A DNA stretch of 64,000 nucleotides from Botryllus schlosseri (lineage: Eukaryota): contig CM119371.1 of the NCBI GenBank assembly GCA_051294905.1, forward strand, positions 8,124,001-8,188,000. The letters run 5' to 3'. This document shows, in pieces, positions 25,961-37,200 of this stretch. Position 1 is the stretch's first letter; each line of letters opens with the position of its first letter. The position numbers were made by a program, and so were the translations under genes. The notes under the pieces were generated by a model that was not told where the DNA came from, searched no databases, and worked only from the letters and a program-made list of their open reading frames with translations.

Positions 25961-28900
25961 GATTATTAAAAAATAAGCTAATGCAAGTTTCCAGAATGCT
26001 GATGCTGGCTATGCTATTGGAGCCTTTTCAAATAGAATACGCAGTACGATTATCGATGGTGGATGCAAAACAATCCTAATTCTCAACAAATTTTAATTGT
26101 CTCGGAATCATACCTATTGCGATATCAACTCTCCGCATTTTGTTGTATTTAGGGCTATTGCACAAGCTATCTCTAATATGCTGCAATATAGACAGGTTCG
26201 AACTTGTCTAGGGTATTCACTTCCCGTCAACTAGCTTTTCAAGACGCATTAATAAGCGCGCGTATTTAATTACCTAATCGTTGGATGAATATTCCTGGCA
26301 GGCATAGATGTCCCCAGGGAACCGAGCTAACTTCGCTTCTATTCTTTTTACATTGTTTGCAAAGCACGGGTATTTTGTGATTCCATTAGACTTCAATGGT
26401 TCTAGAATACTAAATTAATGAGAGTTGAATAAACCGTCAATTAATTTAGCATAAAGCATATGATATTCATATTACTTAGAGCTTACGTCGTTGAACAACC
26501 CTGATATGATCATACAGCGAAAGTATAGCCCTAAATAGCGGTAATATCTCCCAAGCATAAAAATAACGTGGTCGGAATGTACGTTTATTGCAAATTTATC
26601 TCTAAACAGAATGATCTGTAGCTTGTCGCATTCGAATTACTGAGCAGAATTGACATAGAACTATTAAGCAAAGCTGAAACATCTTCACTTCAGTTATCAT
26701 TCCCTTGAGACTACTAGTTATAGCAGAGGCAGACAAACTGTGATTTGCGGTTGTAGCACTTCAATGATTTCATGTGCGTTTCGCCATTTTGTTAAAGAAA
26801 TTTAACCTGATTATATATTAATGCATTTATAGCGTATTAGCAATATGCGAATGGTGGCTGTGGCGCTACAGGGTTCAAAATTAGCAATTGAACTCTCGAA
26901 TTGAACCTGATCATCAATCAATGACAAATCATTGTGCTCAACGCTATTTTTATGTGGTTCACTGATTCACAACTTTTACTGATCCACAAAGCACTTACGT
27001 TAGTCTTAAAACCTTCGCTGAAACACAAATTTTCGCCGAGTCATAAAACAAAAAATCTGGCAAAATATACATTCAACTACACATCTAATACTTTACTATA
27101 GTACAGGGGTGGGCAGAGCTGCTTCATGCGCGAGTCGCATATCAAAAATTTTATCTTTAAAAGAACCACAACACAAAAATCCAACATATGGATTTATGAC
27201 GTCACAAGGAAATGTAGGCTATCGAATGAAATTTATTATTGTGTGATGATAGGATGTGCAATTGTGCATACACGAGGGTTCTAATTCCAATCTAATTTGG
27301 AAAAACTATGTAGCTCTAAGTCAAATTCTAATCTAGTTCTATTCAACCTGTTTCAGTTACACACGCTTTTCAGAGACACTGCGAGCTTCACGGATTTTTA
27401 AATTTTCAAAATTAGGATTGATCGATAAATATGATACTATTTATCACTTGTATAAATATCACTGTGATATCAATCCAAGCTTATGCGGCTTAGTAATAAT
27501 TGGTTGTTTAGCAAAATCAATATTATGCTCAAATTATATCAGATATCGCATTGAATATAGCTAATCAAATTTTTATTACATATTAGTAGCTGCAGTCGGA
27601 TTTCAACATAACGACCAATTCCGATGCACATGCTACGTTTTCGAAACGACTACATTACTATTCGATAGCTGGACATATCAGTATTGTCTTCTAATGACTC
27701 GAGTCGTTACAATCCTGCTAATGGATTTCTAATTTAAACTTTGACTTGGACTTATTGATCAAGTAGGTAGTGGGGGTACCTGGTTATGTTACCAGCCTCG
27801 AGGCTATATTCTTTGGCAGCGATGAGGCTATTTATGTTCACCGCTCAGCACTTGACTATGGCGATGTGTATTTAGCACTATGTATTGATAATTACTTGCT
27901 TCCGAGAAATAAATAACATTAATTATTCGTTATATGATACTTTCCACAGATATTCTATTATGTGTTTTGAGACTACAGCGAGTTGATAATATTAATGCGT
28001 ACACTTTCAAGAAATAAGGACGTTGCTAACATTCAGATTTGCGTAAATTTCGCGTGATCAACTATGTACGATTTTTGTGTATTTCAGACTATGTATGTTC
28101 ATGTTCACGAAGACTGCGGTATCGCATGGATAAATGCATCATCGCTAATAAATTACTTGAATGCGACTCGATAACATTTATCCCTTGTAACGTACTCAAA
28201 CATGATTTTAGGTGTATTTAAGACTATTTATGTTCCTGAGATCTTTGATAGCGCAATGATTCGGTATGATTTCTATATTATTCCACTCTCGTTATTGGAC
28301 TGCGGTGTGACGCTGAACCTATCTCGATGCCCGGGCTTCCGCATTAACTTTTTTCGATTTCTTCTGCCTTATGTAGATTTAACATAAGGAAAGTTATTTC
28401 ACTCATATAATTTGAAATACGTATTTGCTCAAGATAAAGCCATAACGCTTGGAGTGAAATTTTACGAGGTTTTCGTTAATATTCAACTGGGCTAATTTCG
28501 AAATGTAAATTGAAAAACTCAAATATCGCATAGTAGGACTTCGCAAATTTTCGATATATTTTTGCTATTTTTTCATGGTGACAAGTCATTCGGAACGGTG
28601 AAATGCATTATAGGAAATAGATGAAACTGGTTCAATTCATCAAGACCCCTGAAAAAAGTACATTGGATTTCAACATTTTATTAGCAGGTTTGTTTGTTTT
28701 TTGGGTATTCATGGTGTTTGTCGACTGCTATGGTCATTTACACCAGGCCGATATTCTTCTTATTTTCCGTAACTGCCGACTTATAGCACGGCCCACCTCT
28801 AGGCTTTTGTAAGACACCGCTGACGCGGATGAGGTGGCGAGGAGGAGCCTAGGTAAACCTCCAACACTTAGCAGGTAATCGAAATACCACAAACTGGGCT

Positions 28901-30519
28901 AACCTTCGGAGTTGTTAAGTAAAGAAGTACTCGTACTTCTTCGGAGTACCCAATACTCTCAAGTCCTTATTATATTGGAGTGCTTCAACTTCATGATAGT
29001 TATAGTATTAAGCAGAAATATACCTGGAGTACTAATGTTTTACTTACTAGGAAATGACTACTTCTGTCTTATTTTAAAGGATTCCTCGCTCGACGCGAAA
29101 TTTTATTAGGTTTTGAATAATATCCAACATGTAGGTTCGCTTTGAAGGGTACTTCGTAAAACTCAAATATTGTACAGTGAGAGTTCGCAAATTCTCGATG
29201 TATTTTTTGGTATTTTTATTGCGGTAAGTCATTCCGCAGCGCGAAAATGCATCGTAGGATATAGATGAAACTGACACCGCTCACCAAGACCACTGGACCA
29301 CTGAAAAAAGTACATTTCAACATTTTAGTAGCAGTAAATTCCTAGTAAAGTATAAGAAGTGATGATTTCCGAGTGAGTTAAAAAGTAAGTATTGAAGGTA
29401 TAGTTTGGTCGAAAACCGAAAACTCTGAAATAGAAGTAGATGCAGTGTAAAAAGTTAATCACTTGATTAAGTATAGCGCAAGCGAACCAAACCTATACTT
29501 GAGTACTCCAAAATGTACAAGTACTTCGCTATGGACTCCCTCCACGTAAAAAGTGACTAGGTTTTAGACTACTTTATCGGTACTTAACAGTTTCAGTTTT
29601 AGATAAAATTTGGAATAAAAAACTAGCTCATTCACTCACTTGGAAATCTCTTCTTTAACCTGTACTTGAGCGTAGCAAGTAAATCTCATTTATTATTAAT
29701 TCTACACGTACACTTGACCATATTTTATGACTTACATAATTACTTTTCACTATATTTGAAGTCAAGTCTGTCAAATAGCAGTATATGTTACGATGATCTT
29801 ATATTCGTTCTGTTTGATCATCTTGACTAACGATATTCACGCGGCGAGCTCTCCAGTGATAGCCTTGGGACTTGGAACAGTGTTATATGACATCATAGCG
29901 ACACGAGGTTACGACAGTTTAGAATTAGCTACCTTACGACACCAAATTTCGTTAGTTCATCTCCACCTTCAAATATTGTGTTATACAAATATTGTGTATA
30001 CGCAACAAATACATATATGGCTTTGTTGTTGCAATCTTCAAAAAAAAAGTACTTCCCTCAGTAAGCAATTTCTCGTAGGCTATGCATATGCATACAAACG
30101 AGGACAGTTACATCAATGAGTGGTACCTTGTTGTATTAAGTAGCTAGTAATTAGTGCATGTAAGTCCGCAGCTACTGTTCAAGACCTTTCCGCGTTTTTG
30201 CCAAGCATCCTCGTAAGGACAGACAGTCCCAATCAGCTAATGTAAGTGTGTGTGTGTGTGTGTAGGCCTATCTATGTATGAGGGGTCTTATGCCGGTTGA
30301 CGAATGAAGTTGGTCGTCTATTCTATTCCGAAATAATCAAGTTAGTGGTTTTTAACAGGACCTGACCTCATAGAAACTTCAGTAGAATAACTTATAACTC
30401 CTCATGTTTACTCAAGTAAATCTAATTTGATAATCATGTACTGAATCTTAATTTTCAAACGAGTTCAAATTTAACTCTAACTTATGAGATTAAATATAAT
30501 AACTTTTCACGTTGCAGCG

Positions 30520-31200
30520 TATTTTACAGCATGAGCCAAGTGATTTCATAATTAACACAAGATAATTAAATGAATTTTTAGAGGATTATAAGATATTCGT
30601 GTCATCCTCCTTCGTATATCATAAAAGAATACCTACTGCAGTCGATTTGTAATTATTTGCGCTGTGTTTGATCAACTCAATCATGTTGCAGTGTTTTAAT
30701 AACGAAACTCTTTTACAGCATAAACCAAATAATTTCATAATAAACACAAGCTAATTGAATGAATTTACTCAAATGTAGTATGCCGCGCTGATAAGATTAA
30801 TTATAATATACTTATCGTGCTACAGTGATTTTTCAATAACGAAACTCTTTTACAGCACAAGCTAAGTAATTTCATAATAAGCATAAAATACCCGGTGTCG
30901 TTCATTTGTACTTATTTGCAGTCGATATTTTTTATATCTAATTCAGTCTTAGTTTGGTTATTGAGCCCATAAGGAATTTTCACTTTATCATGATCCGTAA
31001 GTACTAATTGATGATACATCCTCTTTTCAGCTTGAAGATGTGAACTATAAAATGTTGTATACCGCGCTGATGAGATTAATTATAACATACTTATCATGTT
31101 ACAGTGGTTTTTCAATAACTAAACTCATTTACAGCATAAGCAGAGTAATTTCATAATAAACATAAAATAACTGCTGTCGATGATTTGTACTAATTTGTGG
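30520..31200 (+). repeat. degenerate tandem repeats flanking the palindrome centre (mirrored at ~31425-32105)
   Basis: TTTTACAGCA...TAATTTCATAATAAACA recurs at ~30521, 30710, 30847 and 31126. Confidence 0.75.
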
Positions 31201-34200
31201 CGTGTACAATTAACTCAAGCAGCTCTAAAACATAGGAAGCAGGGCGATGGGTATTCGTTGAGTTGAAGAAACATAAAAAATATTTCCGCGCCCTTCTAGG
31301 TTGTAGGGTTAGGAATAATTAGGTTTAGTAGGGCGCGGAAATATTTTTTATGTTTCTTCAACTCAACGAATACCCATCGCCCTGCTTCCTATGTTTTAGA
31401 GCTGCTTGAGTTAATTGTACACGCCACAAATTAGTACAAATCATCGACAGCAGTTATTTTATGTTTATTATGAAATTACTCTGCTTATGCTGTAAATGAG
31501 TTTAGTTATTGAAAAACCACTGTAACATGATAAGTATGTTATAATTAATCTCATCAGCGCGGTATACAACATTTTATAGTTCACATCTTCAAGCTGAAAA
31601 GAGGATGTATCATCAATTAGTACTTACGGATCATGATAAAGTGAAAATTCCTTATGGGCTCAATAACCAAACTAAGACTGAATTAGATATAAAAAATATC
31701 GACTGCAAATAAGTACAAATGAACGACACCGGGTATTTTATGCTTATTATGAAATTACTTAGCTTGTGCTGTAAAAGAGTTTCGTTATTGAAAAATCACT
31801 GTAGCACGATAACTATATTATAATTAATCTTATCAGCGCGGCATACTACATTTGAGTAAATTCATTCAATTAGCTTGTGTTTATTATGAAATTATTTGGT
31901 TTATGCTGTAAAAGAGTTTCGTTATTAAAACACTGCAACATGATTGAGTTGATCAAACACAGCGCAAATAATTACAAATCGACTGCAGTAGGTATTCTTT
32001 TATGATATACGAAGGAGGATGACACGAATATCTTATAATCCTCTAAAAATTCATTTAATTATCTTGTGTTAATTATGAAATCACTTGGCTCATGCTGTAA
32101 AATACGCTGCAACGTGAAAAGTTATTATATTTAATCTCATAAGTTAGAGTTAAATTTGAACTCGTTTGAAAATTAAGATTCAGTACATGATTATCAAATT
32201 AGATTTACTTGAGTAAACATGAGGAGTTATAAGTTATTCTACTGAAGTTTCTATGAGGTCAGGTCCTGTTAAAAACCACTAACTTGATTATTTCGGAATA
32301 GAATAGACGACCAACTTCATTCGTCAACCGGCATAAGACCCCTCATACATACATAGGCCTACACACACACACACACACTTACATTAGCTGATTGGGACTG
32401 TCTGTCCTTACGAGGATGCTTGGCAAAAACGCGGAAAGGTCTTGAACAGTAGCTGCGGACTTACATGCACTAATTACTAGCTACTTAATACAACAAGGTA
32501 CCACTCATTGATGTAACTGTCCTCGTTTGTATGCATATGCATAGCCTACGAGAAATTGCTTACTGAGGGAAGTACTTTTTTTTTTGAAGATTGCAACAAC
32601 AAAGCCATATATGTATTTGTTGCGTATACACAATATTTGTATAACACAATATTTGAAGGTGGAGATGAACTAACGAAATTTGGTGTCGTAAGGTAGCTAA
32701 TTCTAAATTGTCGTAACCTCGTGTCGCTATGATGTCATATAACACTGTTCCAAGTCCCAAGGCTATCACTGGAGAGCTCGCCGCGTGAATATCGTTAGTC
32801 AAGATGATCAAACAGAACGAATATAAGATCATCGTAACATATACTGCTATTTGACAGACTTGACTTCAAATATAGTGAAAAGTAATTATGTAAGTCATAA
32901 AATATGGTCAAGTGTACGTGTAGAATTAATAATAAATGAGATTTACTTGCTACGCTCAAGTACAGGTTAAAGAAGAGATTTCCAAGTGAGTGAATGAGCT
33001 AGTTTTTTATTCCAAATTTTATCTAAAACTGAAACTGTTAAGTACCGATAAAGTAGTCTAAAACCTAGTCACTTTTTACGTGGAGGGAGTCCATAGCGAA
33101 GTACTTGTACATTTTGGAGTACTCAAGTATAGGTTTGGTTCGCTTGCGCTATACTTAATCAAGTGATTAACTTTTTACACTGCATCTACTTCTATTTCAG
33201 AGTTTTCGGTTTTCGACCAAACTATACCTTCAATACTTACTTTTTAACTCACTCGGAAATCATCACTTCTTATACTTTACTAGGAATTTACTGCTACTAA
33301 AATGTTGAAATGTACTTTTTTCAGTGGTCCAGTGGTCTTGGTGAGCGGTGTCAGTTTCATCTATATCCTACGATGCATTTTCGCGCTGCGGAATGACTTA
33401 CCGCAATAAAAATACCAAAAAATACATCGAGAATTTGCGAACTCTCACTGTACAATATTTGAGTTTTACGAAGTACCCTTCAAAGCGAACCTACATGTTG
33501 GATATTATTCAAAACCTAATAAAATTTCGCGTCGAGCGAGGAATCCTTTAAAATAAGACAGAAGTAGTCATTTCCTAGTAAGTAAAACATTAGTACTCCA
33601 GGTATATTTCTGCTTAATACTATAACTATCATGAAGTTGAAGCACTCCAATATAATAAGGACTTGAGAGTATTGGGTACTCCGAAGAAGTACGAGTACTT
33701 CTTTACTTAACAACTCCGAAGGTTAGCCCAGTTTGTGGTATTTCGATTACCTGCTAAGTGTTGGAGGTTTACCTAGGCTCCTCCTCGCCACCTCATCCGC
33801 GTCAGCGGTGTCTTACAAAAGCCTAGAGGTGGGCCGTGCTATAAGTCGGCAGTTACGGAAAATAAGAAGAATATCGGCCTGGTGTAAATGACCATAGCAG
33901 TCGACAAACACCATGAATACCCAAAAAACAAACAAACCTGCTAATAAAATGTTGAAATCCAATGTACTTTTTTCAGGGGTCTTGATGAATTGAACCAGTT
34001 TCATCTATTTCCTATAATGCATTTCACCGTTCCGAATGACTTGTCACCATGAAAAAATAGCAAAAATATATCGAAAATTTGCGAAGTCCTACTATGCGAT
34101 ATTTGAGTTTTTCAATTTACATTTCGAAATTAGCCCAGTTGAATATTAACGAAAACCTCGTAAAATTTCACTCCAAGCGTTATGGCTTTATCTTGAGCAA

Positions 34201-37200
34201 ATACGTATTTCAAATTATATGAGTGAAATAACTTTCCTTATGTTAAATCTACATAAGGCAGAAGAAATCGAAAAAAGTTAATGCGGAAGCCCGGGCATCG
34301 AGATAGGTTCAGCGTCACACCGCAGTCCAATAACGAGAGTGGAATAATATAGAAATCATACCGAATCATTGCGCTATCAAAGATCTCAGGAACATAAATA
34401 GTCTTAAATACACCTAAAATCATGTTTGAGTACGTTACAAGGGATAAATGTTATCGAGTCGCATTCAAGTAATTTATTAGCGATGATGCATTTATCCATG
34501 CGATACCGCAGTCTTCGTGAACATGAACATACATAGTCTGAAATACACAAAAATCGTACATAGTTGATCACGCGAAATTTACGCAAATCTGAATGTTAGC
34601 AACGTCCTTATTTCTTGAAAGTGTACGCATTAATATTATCAACTCGCTGTAGTCTCAAAACACATAATAGAATATCTGTGGAAAGTATCATATAACGAAT
34701 AATTAATGTTATTTATTTCTCGGAAGCAAGTAATTATCAATACATAGTGCTAAATACACATCGCCATAGTCAAGTGCTGAGCGGTGAACATAAATAGCCT
34801 CATCGCTGCCAAAGAATATAGCCTCGAGGCTGGTAACATAACCAGGTACCCCCACTACCTACTTGATCAATAAGTCCAAGTCAAAGTTTAAATTAGAAAT
34901 CCATTAGCAGGATTGTAACGACTCGAGTCATTAGAAGACAATACTGATATGTCCAGCTATCGAATAGTAATGTAGTCGTTTCGAAAACGTAGCATGTGCA
35001 TCGGAATTGGTCGTTATGTTGAAATCCGACTGCAGCTACTAATATGTAATAAAAATTTGATTAGCTATATTCAATGCGATATCTGATATAATTTGAGCAT
35101 AATATTGATTTTGCTAAACAACCAATTATTACTAAGCCGCATAAGCTTGGATTGATATCACAGTGATATTTATACAAGTGATAAATAGTATCATATTTAT
35201 CGATCAATCCTAATTTTGAAAATTTAAAAATCCGTGAAGCTCGCAGTGTCTCTGAAAAGCGTGTGTAACTGAAACAGGTTGAATAGAACTAGATTAGAAT
35301 TTGACTTAGAGCTACATAGTTTTTCCAAATTAGATTGGAATTAGAACCCTCGTGTATGCACAATTGCACATCCTATCATCACACAATAATAAATTTCATT
35401 CGATAGCCTACATTTCCTTGTGACGTCATAAATCCATATGTTGGATTTTTGTGTTGTGGTTCTTTTAAAGATAAAATTTTTGATATGCGACTCGCGCATG
35501 AAGCAGCTCTGCCCACCCCTGTACTATAGTAAAGTATTAGATGTGTAGTTGAATGTATATTTTGCCAGATTTTTTGTTTTATGACTCGGCGAAAATTTGT
35601 GTTTCAGCGAAGGTTTTAAGACTAACGTAAGTGCTTTGTGGATCAGTAAAAGTTGTGAATCAGTGAACCACATAAAAATAGCGTTGAGCACAATGATTTG
35701 TCATTGATTGATGATCAGGTTCAATTCGAGAGTTCAATTGCTAATTTTGAACCCTGTAGCGCCACAGCCACCATTCGCATATTGCTAATACGCTATAAAT
35801 GCATTAATATATAATCAGGTTAAATTTCTTTAACAAAATGGCGAAACGCACATGAAATCATTGAAGTGCTACAACCGCAAATCACAGTTTGTCTGCCTCT
35901 GCTATAACTAGTAGTCTCAAGGGAATGATAACTGAAGTGAAGATGTTTCAGCTTTGCTTAATAGTTCTATGTCAATTCTGCTCAGTAATTCGAATGCGAC
36001 AAGCTACAGATCATTCTGTTTAGAGATAAATTTGCAATAAACGTACATTCCGACCACGTTATTTTTATGCTTGGGAGATATTACCGCTATTTAGGGCTAT
36101 ACTTTCGCTGTATGATCATATCAGGGTTGTTCAACGACGTAAGCTCTAAGTAATATGAATATCATATGCTTTATGCTAAATTAATTGACGGTTTATTCAA
36201 CTCTCATTAATTTAGTATTCTAGAACCATTGAAGTCTAATGGAATCACAAAATACCCGTGCTTTGCAAACAATGTAAAAAGAATAGAAGCGAAGTTAGCT
36301 CGGTTCCCTGGGGACATCTATGCCTGCCAGGAATATTCATCCAACGATTAGGTAATTAAATACGCGCGCTTATTAATGCGTCTTGAAAAGCTAGTTGACG
36401 GGAAGTGAATACCCTAGACAAGTTCGAACCTGTCTATATTGCAGCATATTAGAGATAGCTTGTGCAATAGCCCTAAATACAACAAAATGCGGAGAGTTGA
36501 TATCGCAATAGGTATGATTCCGAGACAATTAAAATTTGTTGAGAATTAGGATTGTTTTGCATCCACCATCGATAATCGTACTGCGTATTCTATTTGAAAA
36601 GGCTCCAATAGCATAGCCAGCATCAGCATTCTGGAAACTTGCATTAGCTTATTTTTTAATAATCATTGAAATCGTGGAGATTATAATAGTGAACGTATTT
36701 TATACAAGCGAATTATTTTCATCAACAACACAAGATAATTGATAATTTAACAAAAAATTGATAAGATATTCACAAAGCAACAATATTATTAGAATAATCA
36801 GTGATGGTGAAACAATAACAACACAAGAAAATGGCTAATTTAACGCAAAATTATGAGATATTCATAATATTAGTCAATTTTTTGATAATTTTACTTCGGT
36901 TTGTGTCTCATTAATACCGTAAAATGATAGCGTTTTGTAGTGCATACGGTAAGGTACTGCGACACTACCCATCGGCAAAGAATGTATTCAGTTAATTCCC
37001 TATAGAGGCCAGCTGTTTCTAATATTATCATACAAATACATATACATATGTTGCAAGTGGCATTCTGAGTCCATGCTGTTGTATCATATGAATTTTGAAA
37101 GTAAATTGAGAGAGACACATCATATGTTTGCACGTACTACGTAAAGAAATTAAGCTACAATATAGCGTTCGCGTTGAGTACAAGTGTGACGGTGAAGATA

